A stretch of 63,238 nt of DNA, the filler included, from Lenisia limosa (lineage: Eukaryota; Protista; Breviatea), in the NCBI GenBank assembly GCA_001655205.1. It is 11 parts of 11 records of this genome, joined end to end, with 100 filler letters (N's around TTAATTAATTAA, not from the genome) between each part and the next. Parts side by side here need not be neighbours in the genome. Positions count along the whole stretch, not along the records: positions 7,836 to 10,742 come from LPNZ01003497.1; positions 10,843 to 14,930 come from LPNZ01004592.1; positions 15,031 to 21,283 come from LPNZ01008341.1; positions 21,384 to 22,749 come from LPNZ01004971.1; positions 22,850 to 43,505 come from LPNZ01009857.1; 6 more parts are not named here. One strand, given 5' to 3'. Made by a program: the position numbers and the translations under genes. The notes below the pieces were generated by a model. It was not told the DNA's origin and ran no database searches. It saw nothing but the letters and a program-made list of their open reading frames with translations. Of the stretch, positions 10,342 through 23,637 are shown one piece after another (position 1 is the first letter of the stretch; every line of letters starts with the position of its first letter).

Positions 10342-10435
10342 GGGCTTCTACGGTCCCAAAAAGACCAGTCAAATATCGATATTTATCGAGGATTTCTCGA
10401 GAAATTCAGTCTTTTTTCGGACCGTAGGGAAGCCC
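10342..10435. mobile_element. MITE family A, subfamily 2, full length
   Basis: TA-GGGCTTCTACGGTCCCAAAAAGAC...GTCTTTTTTCGGACCGTAGGGAAGCCC-TA. Confidence 0.88.
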
Positions 10436-10842
10436 TAAACATCACTCTTAGTCTCAGTCCAGTGTACCAGAAACTTCCCGTCAACAATCATATCAACAGC
10501 AATGACGTACCATCAGCAGTACTGGGCGGGGACATGGTGGCGGACGGTGCAGGGGCGGCAGCGGGGGGATGGGAGGATGAAAGGACGGGGGAATCTGAGG
10601 AATCGGGAACCTGAAGTGTGGTTATTGGGATTTCACTCCAGTTACAAAAAAAATAAATAATAAAAATAATAAAAAAAATAAAAATAATAATAAATATAGC
10701 TATATGATATAGCTATATGATATATACTATCATATATCGATCNNNNNNNNNNNNNNNNNNNNNNNNNNNNNNNNNNNNNNNNNNNNTTAATTAATTAANN
10801 NNNNNNNNNNNNNNNNNNNNNNNNNNNNNNNNNNNNNNNNNN

Positions 10843-10915
10843 CAACACACAAAGCAAACACAAATTCAGGCCAGTTGCTTCTGCAACATAGTATCCATCC
10901 CATCATTCCAGCGAC
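10843..10915 (-). mobile_element. Family D 5' end at a splice donor
   Basis: Minus strand: open exon LEFSFITKQSHVLSSFFNKLF then |GTCGCTGGAATGATGGGATGG..TTGCAGAAGCAACTGGCCTG. Confidence 0.65.
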
Positions 10916-11340
10916 GAAAAGAGCTTATTAAAAAAGGAGCTCAACACGTGAGATTGCTTGGTGATGAACGAGAATTCCAACTTGGAATTTAGGATTCACT
11001 TCAGTCCAAAACCAATTACTTTAGAAAATCAATCAAGGAATTTCATTTTCAGATAAGGACAGCCCTAACTGACTAATACATCATGATCATGTTGATAAGA
11101 TATTCGTCAATCTTATCATTTTAGTAGGATATTTATCCCTCTCACTTTGATCTGCTTTTGAGAGTCAGTATCAAGGCAATATGTCTGGAATTGTAAAGAA
11201 AAGGTAGGGAAGAACCAATAACATTGAACCACAGATTCTCTCATCATTGTTGGAACTTATAAAATTTACTATGATAAGGGAAATAAGTTCGAACCCAGAT
11301 ATGATCTCCTGCTTTAGCATCACAACGCAAGGCCCCCTAC

Positions 11341-13950
11341 CTTGAAATTAGATTCCACTCTTTTGAGTTGGGATGTCTTTGGGATTGCAGTGATATTTTG
11401 TGATTTCAGCCAGGAGATCAAAACCTACAATGCGGTTATTCGATGCGACACAATTTGACAGTTTTATTTTAATGTTACTTTATGAAAGTAGCATATGTCC
11501 TACTGGTCCTACGAGTGTCCCGAAGAACAGTTAATGTCTCGATATAACATAGATGATTTCCAATCTCTGGTTTGATTGGGAAACCACCAAATATTTTGTG
11601 ATTCAATTTCATTCCTCTGCCTTCCAAAAAAAGGCTGAAATCTTCGAAAAATATCGATATATTACACCGTGTGTTGAGATGTGTAATTACCCCCCCCCCC
11701 CANNNNNNNNNNNNNNNNNNNNNNNNNNNNNNNNNNNNNNNNNNNNNNNNNNNNNNNNNNNNNNNNNNNNNNNNNNNNNNNTCCAAAATGACAGGCTCCT
11801 ACATGAGGGTAAATAGAGGTGAAGTGGATAATTAACTTTCACACAATACATAGTTGTATGCTTTCTTAATGTATAAACGCATGAGATTGAGCCTTCTTCT
11901 TCTTCCCTTCTTTCTTAACTGATAACTGTTTATTAATATTGCAATGCTTATGGCTGGTACATTTTCCATGTTAGCTTTTTTTGCAGACCTCAATGACAGC
12001 CTTCAGCCCCGCCGCCGTGATGGACGCCAACCGACCACCAAGAGGGCGGAAGGCCATAATGTGAATGTTGTGCGTGTGGCAGAACCGGACCAGGCTTGGT
12101 TGTTGCAAGTAGGNNNNNNNNNNNNNNNNNNNNNNNNNNNNNNNNNNNNNNNNNNNNNNNNNNNNNNNNNNNNNNNNNNNNNNNNNNNNNNNNNNNNNNN
12201 NNNCACACAAGGGTTGGTAACAAAACAAACAACACGGGGGAGGGTGAAGCAAAGGACATTTCAATGAAATACTGACGAATAATCTTACGGGGGAAATGAC
12301 CCCCTCCCTCCACAAAACTGGAAAACCCAGCAACCTGAAGCACTGCCGGCACGTGAACGGCCATGAGTTCTCTTAACAGCTGGTAGTTGACATTGCACAT
12401 TCCAACAAAGCGTGTGAGGTTAGCGTCCTTCGTTTCCTGGTGGAGTGTATTAGGTCACAATTTACTCAATTACTTGTTTCAAGAAGTAGCAAAAAACCAG
12501 TTACCACCAAAGAGATGATAATGTGTCGAATAGTCCCTATGTAATTATTTGTTTCCCTTGATTTCTAATACTATTGCTTCCCTACGGTCCCAAAAAAAAG
12601 ACCGAATTTCTCGATAAATCCTCGATATTTTAACAGTATTTTCCGACCGTAAGGAAGCCCTAATTATTTATGATATACTATTTCTCGTTCAAAAAAGAAC
12701 CCACTTTCATTGCGGTCCACGTTTCAGTCATTGGGATATCACAGGCCTCTCCATCCGCGTTGAGGGAAACTGGCCAATGCACAAGATAGAGATCCAGATA
12801 GTCGAGGTCAAGGCGTTGCAGCGATTTCTTCAGAGCTGGCTCAACCTGTTTTAACGGTCAGTTATTGTGTAATTTCGAAAACAATAATGAAGAACCAAAA
12901 AAGCTGTTTTTTTAGCACTTCTCAAATTACCTAAAAATCCTCAAAAAAAGCATTAAAAAAATATGGGTATTTCAAAGGTTATTAGGTTTACAGAATATTC
13001 AAAAACTCGAACCTGGTCACGCGCATGCGCATCGTTCCAAAGTTTCGAGGTGACAAAAAGGTCTTCCCGGGTGACAAGTCCTTCAGATATTGCCCGTTTG
13101 ATTCCCTAGGGGGTATGAGATGAGGAAAAATGAAATAAAACGCGTTACTTGTGTAGCTCATTGTGCAGTTACGACTGATTATTGTTTCAACTAATTGTAC
13201 TGCGTATGGGGTAAGTTACATACTGTACGATATCGTAGAAGTGTGTACGATATCATAGAAATTATTTCTTAAAAAAACAAGGCAATCAACGCAGTAAATT
13301 CTTCGTCGGTGCCCAAGGCTGCTCTCGTCCAGGCTGCTCGTATTATATTAATTGTTATTAGCAGGAACATTCTATTGGGCAATATCTTGCTTATATTGAG
13401 GCAGCGTTTTAACCAATTAGGTTCACAATTGTTACAGAAAAAAAACGCTCTAAGCGGTCTTTGATTAGAGAACACATGATAGAGGAAACTGGGATATAGG
13501 TTATTCATCTAACCCGTGCCTACCTGGCCAATTTCGGTCTCGTTTCCATAAAAGGATGCGCAGTCAATATGTCTGAACGGTAAAAAAATGGACAAAGACG
13601 ACTGAAGTTTAACAGGTATTAATGATTATTTCATTATCCCCCCCCCTCTCACTCAGCAGATATACCTTCACCAATCCTACCTGTATCCAGTTTTGATCGC
13701 GCTATAAACGATGTCGCTGGCAAGTTCATTTTGCAAGAGATAGGTCCTGAAGTAGTAAGACGGAAGAGAAGAAAGGTTATTGGCATTGATACGTCATTAA
13801 CGTGTCTGTCTATTGTCTATTGTTAATCTGTCATAAACACCAACCCCTAAACAAAAAACTACCAGCACCAACACCAACATAACCCCAAACCCACCCGAGG
13901 GCAACGAGAGGGACCTCACTTCCATTTGCGGAACGAAGTAAAGTAGCCAT
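11341..13950 (-). CDS. Aldo-keto reductase (about 9-10 exons; 3' end not fixed)
   Basis: [19 protein letters not shown]|TY..AIKTGYR|[11 protein letters not shown]|..[13 protein letters not shown]|[25 protein letters not shown]|..PAVLQ|..MAFRPLGG|..AIPKTS. The catalytic D-Y-K-H tetrad is present. Confidence 0.93.
12574..12660. mobile_element. MITE family A, subfamily 2 (in an AKR intron)
   Basis: GCTTCCCTACGGTCCCAAAAAAAAGAC...CCGACCGTAAGGAAGCCC-TA. Confidence 0.8.
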
Positions 13951-16289
13951 GATCAACACAGTGTCTTTCGGTTTTATGTCCCTTCTAATAAAGAGGAGAA
14001 ATAACGTAAATACACAATAAAAGAGAAATAATCCACTAATAAAACATTTAGTTGCAATGGTTGCATCAATGATTGCAAGAAAAAGTGTAAAAATGGGACA
14101 AATCAATTCACGGATTTACCTTCATTGAGAAATTTCAAAACAAAGCAACTCTCGTTCTTTCTTTTGCACCACATAGATTAATAAAGTGACTTGTCATCTG
14201 TGACGTATTAGAAGATTGGAAAGACGGTTTTCAATTACCGATTCAGTAATTTGTGATCTCCTCTACTCTCAAGAGTTTTAGAGGTGAGTCTTGATGGTAC
14301 ATATCTTCTTACAAATGCTATAGTATATATAAGTGGTAAAAACGATGAATAATAACATTTTGGATTATGATGAGGTCCCACTCCTTCTATTTGTTTTCAC
14401 GATCAACAGAGGAAAAATGGATTTAAGGCACGGGGATTAGATGGAGATCTCGCTTACATGATATTTGGACATGGTGGTGATAACCAGGATTTATTTTTTA
14501 AAATTTTAAAGGGACCAATCCTATGTTATATTTTTACTGGTTTAAAGAGAAGTTAGTGTTGAACTTTCTCTGTTTGATTACCATCATGTTTGATTGAGAG
14601 CAGCTGTTATTTTGGAAGAATGAAGACCATTTATGGCAATATCACGGCACTATTAATCTTTTAAGGACCTAATGGGGTTCAAGCTGCAGGGAGTCAGTGA
14701 TGACTTTTCATCCAAAAGCGCCAGTCTATTTGATGGTTTGTTCAAGGGGGCTCTGATAACAATTTATTTACTTGTCACATTTTGACCTTGGTCACGATAG
14801 TCGTGATTGCTTCTGGGTATTACTTGGTTGTTCTCCTTTATTCTACGTATTTATCATTGTGGAGGGAAATGATTGGGTGCATTAATAATATGTATACTGT
14901 TTAGTATCTCTTATAAACATGGTGTGGACGNNNNNNNNNNNNNNNNNNNNNNNNNNNNNNNNNNNNNNNNNNNNTTAATTAATTAANNNNNNNNNNNNNN
15001 NNNNNNNNNNNNNNNNNNNNNNNNNNNNNNTTAGACGGAATAAACATTGCCTATTCTCTCTGAAAGAACCCCATATCCCAAAAAATAGTCAGGACAGATT
15101 AATCCCCAAATCTACACTGGTCTCGTCTTAGTCCATAACCTGACAACCACCCTTCCCCCGAATCTACATTACGATGAGAAGGCAATTGGTGCAAAGGAGA
15201 AGCTCTCAATAAGTCGATAAAATAAAAAATAAAATCATATTATACATAGTAGTATATCAAATATTAGTAAATGCCGTCATCGTCATCCAACATGAAGTAT
15301 TTCTAGCATTATTGTTGCTTAAACAACCCCTCCCCCCCACCGAAAAATAAATCCTGCAAATATGTCCCGCGGAGTATCGCATCATTTTCGAATCCGATTG
15401 TTTTATGTATCGCAAGACTTTTCGTAATTTGAGTTTATTTGAGTGAAGCAAGCTGACAAGTTTTGTCCGTTGCAATGCCTCTGCTTTGATTTTTAAAACC
15501 AACACAAAAAACGAACAAAACACAATTGAGCTGTAATAGTGTGGTTAACATCGCTTTTATTTGAGATATGGAACAACAAATATGAAACAAACGTAACCAC
15601 AAACAAAGAACAATCATATTCAAAAAATGGTTATATAGGAAACGGTCAGCTGACCATATTCTATCATTAATCTAGTCAAGACCCCTCTTGACAATATGGG
15701 CGAAGATGTTCCTTCACTCCGATCCCTAAAAGATCAGGTTTTTTTCTTAGGTCTCCAAATGATAAGCGTTTTGTAGCCTACGGTCCAGTTTTTCGGTCTT
15801 GTCGGTAGGAAGATTACACTTCCATCTACTCTTGTCGACTATGTCTGGTTATATGTATATGTCTAATTTTTCCGAAATACTTTTCCTATTTGCATTTTAC
15901 TTGTTATTGTATGTGGTTGAAGAGTGTTATTCATAGTGGTGTGTGTTAATCAATGAACATCAAAAAGCATTTTGTCTGAACAGAAAAAATAACACAAAAA
16001 AAAAACCCAAATCAGCCAATGTCCAGACAACTTCCTTTTGGATAGAGCGAGTCACGCAGCGAAACTCTCCGATCACAGCCTCCTCACGGACGGGTACAGA
16101 GACCTCCTTAGCCCCAACCTTCTTGAACTCTTCAGAGACAATTCTTTAGCTGGAGGGTAGGCNNNNNNNNNNNNNNNNNNNNNNNNNNNNNNNNNNNNNN
16201 NNNNNNNNNNNNNNNNNNNNNNNNNNNNNNNNNNNNNNNNNNNNNNNNNNNNNNNNNNNNNNNNNNNNNNNNNNNNNGGGCTCAACTAG

Positions 16290-16495
16290 TATAACAAACA
16301 GTCTCACAACCGAACAAACGGGAATTATAGCCATAATACAGCCGAAGTAACAGTAATAACAACCGAACAAACAGTAATAACAACCGGACACAAACAATAA
16401 AACAGCCGAACAAACAATTATAACAGCCGAACAAACGGGAATAACCTTGGAATAAACAGGAATTACAGCCGAACAAATAGAAATAGTAGCCGTTT
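16290..16495. repeat. Degenerate tandem repeat (ACAGCCGAACAAAC core)
   Basis: About 7 copies of CCGAACAAAC and variants spaced ~20-35 bp apart. Confidence 0.7.
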
Positions 16496-17549
16496 TGATC
16501 CAGGAGGAAGCGGGTAAGAGCTCTTTTGAGGTGCATTGACGAGAACACAATAGGAACTTCAGTATCAGTGTCAATGTGACGGCATGCATCCCTGGGGAAG
16601 GCATCAGAGAGGGGAGTTTGGTTGTGAAAGTTCACTATTGCGCTTCTGAGGTAACAACGATTCACTTCTTTTGCGTTAAGTTATTCAAATGCGTGGTAGT
16701 CTACTGGTAAAACAGGCTTATTTCCTCTTGAGCACTTTCCTGACTGTTTTTCAGAGGGCTTGACAGCGATTGACTGCTCGTCACCTGCTTCCATCTTGCA
16801 CAATGTTCTTAACTATGTTGATGTTGTCCTCAGCATCATCAGACGAGATCTCAGCGTAAATTCGGGGAAGGGTGGTCAGCATGGTCTCAATAGTAGAATA
16901 CTCCGAGGTTTTTGTCCTGCTGATAGAAAGATTTTCTTCCTAAGTTAATTTTTGGAAGTGCCAATAAATACATAAAATAAGGCTTTAAAGGCAACAAGAT
17001 CAAAAACACCATTTACAGATCGTGATTATACTGAGGGTTGATGGTCAAAATTTTGAAATTTTTAGGTGAATTTTCCTAATAAATTTGAAAAACCTTATTA
17101 AGAAACTTTTGTCAAAACAGTTTTTTTAAAAAAGGGTTTCCTTGACCTGCAATGACCACCTTAAACAGGAGCTAGAGGGCGGAAGTGGAAAGTGACTTCT
17201 TCTGAAAGACGTAATATTGCAAGTAACTATATGCGTCAGTTCAAAATTCAGGGGGTTTTTTTTTTGGAAAAAAAAACCGTTTTTCCAAGGTAATAGTTAA
17301 TAAAAATAGTGTCTAAAATTGAAACTTATCAAAAAGAAACTGAACTTTGGATACATTTCCCTTCTTTTTTGGTTTATTCNNNNNNNNNNNNNNNNNNNNN
17401 NNNNNNNNNNNNNNNNNNNNNNNNNNNNNNNNNNNNNNNNNNNNNNNNNNNNNNNNNNNNNNNNNNNNNNNNNNNNNNNNNNNNNNNNNNNNNNNNNNNN
17501 NNNNNNNNNNNNNNNNNNNNNNNNNNNNNNNNNNNNNNNNNNNNNNNGT

Positions 17550-18660
17550 CTTGTTCATCATCAGATAAAATCAACTCTAAATTGTGAGCAAAAAGGGAAG
17601 TCTCATCAGCAGGGGATACTCGTGTTGATTTGCCTCTTCCTCTGCCTCTTCCTCTGCCCCCTCCTCTGCCTCTTCCTCTACCTCGAGTTTGAATTTTGAT
17701 GTTGTCTTCAACTAAGTTGTTATAATGAGAGCTGCAATCCCTATTGAGGTTCCTGAGAAGAATATCATTTTCGTCTTCCTCGACATCATCTTCAACTACA
17801 CGCCACATTAGTCATCTGTCACATTTTTGAGAGTTCCCCCACACCCACCTTCATAATCATCATGTGACTCGTCCACGTCCACGTCTTCGTCCACGGCCTC
17901 GTGTTGCCTCTAAATATTGAATGAGATTAAAGATGCACATACACCAACCTTGGTTTTGCTTATTCATAACTGCCAAAAGCACCACCAGTTGCTTTTTCAG
18001 CGGCAGGATCCAAAACAATACCATCTTTTTTTGGTAATTTGGCAGTTCTTGGTTTTCTTTGGGTAAGCTCGTCTTTCCAAATGACAATCTGAACTTCCCT
18101 CTTTTCGACCACAGAAACACCAGCAGTTGCCCAAATGGTTCAAACTGTTCTGTCGAATCCAATACTGTCAAGGGGACCCAGATCGATGGCTTCATTGGCA
18201 ATAATAGCAGTGTCATCACACTCTTCTTCTGTCAATCCATTATCTACACTTGTAACTTTGCAAAAGAGGTTTGTTGTGTGGTAAGGGGAGGCTGAATGTA
18301 GGCTAGCCACAGCAGCAGATGATAGTCTCAGAGTAGCTTTGCTCCTTCTGGCGTGTTCTCTCCGCAATCTTGAGCTCATTTTCGTAGAGTTGAAGGGTAG
18401 GGCACTCAACCAGCTTGGTGGTTAGTACGGAATTCCCAGAACGCAGGACTCAACAAACAAAGATTAGCCGAATTCGGTGGTGCATTCATGTTGAGATATT
18501 GGAAGAGATCATTCAACCTTGGCCTATACAAGGTGTCAACTTCAAGCTGTCCGGGAGTTTCGATGCGTCCGGTTAATTTTGAATGATGTCTGGAGCTTTG
18601 AGGACCCACGTACATATATATGTGTTGTTTGTACATAAATGACAGAAAAGTGGACCCCAA
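17550..18660 (-). pseudogene. Intronless, frameshifted coding-like segment; possible decayed retroelement or transposon
   Basis: Overlapping minus-strand ORF fragments with frameshifts and an in-frame TGA; SWLSALP / LQLYENELKIA / CCG pieces; Arg-Gly hexamer arrays at ~17630-17690 and ~17870-17900. Confidence 0.3.
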
Positions 18661-20523
18661 TGTTCTGGAAGTTTCTGGAATTTATTCTATTCTGGAACAA
18701 TCCAAAAGAACTTTGTTCCTGATATTTGTTTTGGATAATATTAATTGCGAATTAATAAAATATTAATCTATAATTAATTCGCATTCATAATTTAAAATTA
18801 ATTTGGAATTAATAACGAGAGATTATTGGTCCAAAAAAATAACCACAATTAATTTTTTTACAATTAATTAATTTCGAATTAATTTCAGAAATAATTAACT
18901 GCACTGGAGTATCATATTTGAAAAAAAAAGAATGAAATAATTATGATAATCTCAAATACTACCTTAAAGTGATCGTTAGACAAGGAAGGGAAAATTCATC
19001 TCACCTGGCCTTGGGCGGGATGTCAGTTCTCACGAACAATTCCGACGACAATATAAGGTTGAGAAATGAAGGGGTGTAACTGTAAAGAAAAATACTCCGC
19101 CTCAAACCTCTTAACCGTCAGATTTAAATGGTCCCACCACTTTTAAATAAACTTTAATGGTTGATTATTTGTTATTTAAATTAATTTCTACTCTTTCAAA
19201 AAATTGAATTACACTTAATTTCTTGGGAATTTAATTACGCAAAATCCTTATGTAGGAGCTATAGTGTTTGACATTTGGAGTTGTTCGTGGTTTTAATCAT
19301 GTTTTCGGATCTAAACTCCAACCTATTATCATTTTGCTCTATTCATGTTTGTGCTTTTGCTGTTGCTAGCAAGTCTAAGTTATCATTTTGAGTATTTTTG
19401 TGGGCGGAAATTGTGAAGAACAGCATCTTTTTTGTTATTGTGTTGCAGCTTTGATAATCTAGAGTATGGAACTTTCTTCAAATATTTTGAAGATGAGAGA
19501 ATGGCGTCCAAAAAAGGGGAAATGGTGGCGGAAATGGAGAGAACGTGTTCCTGAAGCTTCATCTGAAAGGAGGGTGGGGTTTTATTGTAGTCTAACTCTA
19601 TCAGGTGACTGGTCATCGTGTGGTAAATGATAAAGGTATTTTTCTCACATTTTCAAGAGTAGTGTTCATTCTTGTATACTCTCTGCAGCTCTATGTTACT
19701 TTCACTATTTCACTATACTCATTACTCTATAAAATGGTTTTATGTATGTGGCAAAGGTCGACGACCGCAAGACCTATAATCATACAACTTGTCTTCTTTT
19801 CTGGTGAAATAGTCCTTTTTTATTTTATTTTGCAAAACAATTGAAAAAATTGCGTGAGTTATCTAAATGACCCTTCCAGATAATTCCGCAGTGTTCTATA
19901 TGAAACACCTTAGGTGTTTTAATCAGGAAGAAAATTCATATGCCAAAAGAAGCCACGCCACGCCCCCGGAGAAGCCCCTTTAGACAGGTTGCTGAAGGAT
20001 ACGAAGGCTGACGTTGCAGCCAAGAAGGTTGTCAAGAAGAACGAGAAGAAAGGCGCCCCCATAGTTTATACAGCATATAGCAGGTTACATAATAGATAGT
20101 ATCAGATGTATATGAGATGTACATCTACATATATGTAGTAGAGGATATTATATATGCTCAAGGTCCTAAATTAAGTCATTAATTCGAATTTAAGTCATTA
20201 ATTCATTTCTTCTTTTTTTTGTTTTCTGAAACCCAGGTATGTAGTAAAACAGTATTAAACCCACCTTTCTTGTCATTTAAACTAGTTAAGATGATTTTGG
20301 ATTATTTTGTGGTACTTTTTTTTTTAAAAAAATGTATGTCACCCCCCCCCCCAATAGGGGTTTTGACACCCAAGTATTTTCCAAAAAAAGCAAGAGCCAG
20401 TGTGTTGCCAAATAAAACAAAAAAACAGTCAATATAGCAAATACAAAAAAAACACAAACTACGAGCGCGGACTCCCAACGAGAAATTCCTACAGATTTAC
20501 AAAAAAAGAAAGGAAGGAAGAAA

Positions 20524-21037
20524 GGAATCGCATAGCGTAAGTGTACCCACCTATGGCTTCTTCCTCTTGCCTGCACGCTCCGCGGCCTTTTCAGCTTGGC
20601 GTTTTGCCTTGGCTGCTTTGCTTTGTGCTTAAGCTTTCGCTCCACCTTCAATGGGTTAAATTTCATAAAAATAGCAATCCTCACATGATAGTAAACACTA
20701 ACCTCTCTTAATCGCAGTGAGGTGTGACAGGATTGCGCCTTGTGAAGTGTCGCACTGTACTTTTCTCAGCACCGTCNNNNNNNNNNTGGAATCGCATAGC
20801 GTAAGTGTAACCACCTATGGCTTCTTCCTCTTGCCTGCACGCTCCGCGGCCTTTTCAGCTTGGCGTTTCGCCTTGGCTGCTTTGCTTTGTGCTAAAGCTT
20901 TCACTCCACCTTTAATGGGTTAAATTTCATAAAAATAGCAATCTCACATGATAGTAAACACTAACCTCTCTTAATCGGTGAGGTGTGACAGGATTGCGCC
21001 TTGTGAAGTGTCGCACTGTACTTTTCTCAGCACCGTC
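20524..21037. repeat. ~250 bp direct duplication across a 10-N gap (20524-20776 and 20788-21037)
   Basis: Near-identical copies with ~7 differences; they contain the last exons of a minus-strand gene ending AKRQAEKAAERAGKRKKP*. Confidence 0.85.
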
Positions 21038-23637
21038 TCCTTGACATCTGCAGTGTTGGATACAATCTAATGATAATAAAAGATTATTAGAAAAGCTATT
21101 CATAAACAAAAGTCCAATACATACCTCTCCTGGGGCCAAAATAGCAACGCGATGATGGGGGGGGAACATTCAAGAACGACAGTGGACGAGAGACTTTTTC
21201 TACAATGGCACCTTGGTTCACCAAAAGCTGTGTTGCTTGTACAATGCTATCAGCCATCTCTTGCCCATTGTCATTGAACGAGGNNNNNNNNNNNNNNNNN
21301 NNNNNNNNNNNNNNNNNNNNNNNNNNNTTAATTAATTAANNNNNNNNNNNNNNNNNNNNNNNNNNNNNNNNNNNNNNNNNNNNGGGTCTCCCAGTAGAAC
21401 GTCTCAACGGAGGCGAAGGAAATCCGGTCAATATTTCTTTTGTTTTCACTGGACACGAGAGCACTGGCCAGCATTGGCACTCTATGAGGAGTAAAATGTT
21501 GTTTTTACATTAACAAACAAAAGAGAAATCCATAGATTTCTAATGTACTATATATACATGTATTATTTCTCATGTCCATTTACCCTCCTTACGGTGCCGT
21601 GGGACCGCGGGAGCTTGCAGAAGCAGAGGAGGTGTTGAAGCTCTTATCTCTTGACATGTCCACTATGACCTCCAGCTCAACCTGGGCGGAGGAACAGTCA
21701 GTTTGTCACGTTCATTTGCTCGGGTTTTTGCAAAGACGTGTAAACCATAGTCACTCCAAAGGCTGCTATCCCACATATTATATATAGCTTATCATATCAA
21801 ATACGATATTTTTCTACCGTGTATATAGTACTATATCGATAAAAAAAATATATGCATTTCTGATGCTGTATGTATGTAATCTGTATAGCTATAGTATATT
21901 GACATATGCTTTATGTATGAAAAATGTAAAGATATAATATATCGATATTTAACGAGTTTTTGGAGAATTCAGTCTTTTTTGGAACCTAGAGTGAAGGTCG
22001 AACCCATGTTGCTTTGATTTACAAAACCCACCCGTTGTTCGGGCTCCGGGGATAGAGATTCAGTGGGTTCTCTTGGCTTCAGTTCTCTATCATTGTCTGA
22101 GTTGCCTAATTTGGTAAGTGCTTGTTTGGTAAGTTGCTTACAAGTAGCAGCCTTATCCTTATGTACATATTATACTTAACCTTAAAACAGCTCTAATGAA
22201 CCTACTCCCCTCTTCAATTACCTTAACTCGGTAGCCCCCCCCCCCGTTCAACGAAGAAATTACTGAGCCTTGCCTAAAATGGGGTGGTATTTTTAAAAAA
22301 ACGTCTATTGTTGCAAAATCTTTATTTTTTTTAATTTTTATTCATAAAAATATCACTTTTATCACACTGCCACCCCCTTTTAAGATGAGCCGAAATACCC
22401 CCCACCCCCCAACCAGAACTATGTCTGAACTTCAGGCCAAGGGGCGTGAAGACGANNNNNNNNNNNNNNNNNNNNNNNNNNNNNNNNNNNNNNNNNNNNN
22501 NNNNNNNNNNNNNNCCACCAACTCCAGGCCGTGCTCTACCATCGTGTCGTTGTGGATGAAGTGCGTCAGGGGCATTGCTTTGCCTTCTGTGGAAATAAAC
22601 AAGGGAAATAGAACAAGGGTAGACACTGAGTTTTTCTTTAGTCAATCGGTCAGAACTTACATACGGTATGAGATTAGTCAGTTTCCCTCCTCCTCTACAC
22701 CTTCCCTATAATCTCTAGAGTAGTACACTGTGTAATTTAACCCACAAATNNNNNNNNNNNNNNNNNNNNNNNNNNNNNNNNNNNNNNNNNNNNTTAATTA
22801 ATTAANNNNNNNNNNNNNNNNNNNNNNNNNNNNNNNNNNNNNNNNNNNNGGCTTGTCCAGCCCCGCCTCCACCAGCTTGACCTTGTCATAACGGCTCTTT
22901 ATCTCGGCGTTGGTCTCCCGGATCGGCATTTCTGCAGGATGGATAACAAGAATGATACTATGATAACACGAAGCAAATGCAAACTCCCAAAAAGTTATCT
23001 CGGTGGACAAAGTGAATTGAAACTCCGAACCAGGCAAGTGATTCTTTTCAACGTTCTAAAAAGGGGGTGGCAGTGTCTGCAGTTAAAAAAAAATAAAAGT
23101 GGTATTTTTATGAGCAAAATAAAATAAATGTTTTTGCAACAACAGACGTTTTTATAAAGCCCAAAATAGGACGAAGTGTACAAGAAAGTGAGACATTGGC
23201 GAAGGGTAGAAATTTTCTTTTTGGGTTGATTATTTAAAAAACTAACAACCACAACAAGGTCCAATAAAGGTTCCTCTTACCTGCCTTTTGTTGAAAACTA
23301 TGCTTGGGGGTTTCACTCAATTCCCTTCAAATTCTGTATCAATGAATCAATTCAACAATTTATAACTTTATAACACTAAAGACGAGAAAAGGCTGCGTCT
23401 TGCGGCAATTGTCACAACCAGATATAATAGATCAAAAGATCACTATAAAAACGCAAAATTTCATCATCATCTCATTATTGGATATTAAAGTATTAAAGAC
23501 AAGAAGGGCATTACTAAGCAGAAATTGAAGAATCATAGATGACATAACTGTCCTGATCGTGAACTCTTTCGTGTGTTGGCCTCTTCTAAGGCACTCTAAC
23601 CTTTAAAAAGACATTAGTGACATAAATAACTCGGGAA

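Noticed and set aside
8010-10435. Recurrent palindromes as a CRISPR array or terminators
   Set aside because: Eukaryotic spliced-gene context, irregular dispersed spacing and TA target duplications fit MITEs. No cas genes or regular spacers.
22515-22590. HQLQAVLYHRVVVDEVRQGHCFAF as a ubiquitin-specific protease His box
   Set aside because: A single short exon on a 1.4 kb fragment with no Cys box visible; too little to call.
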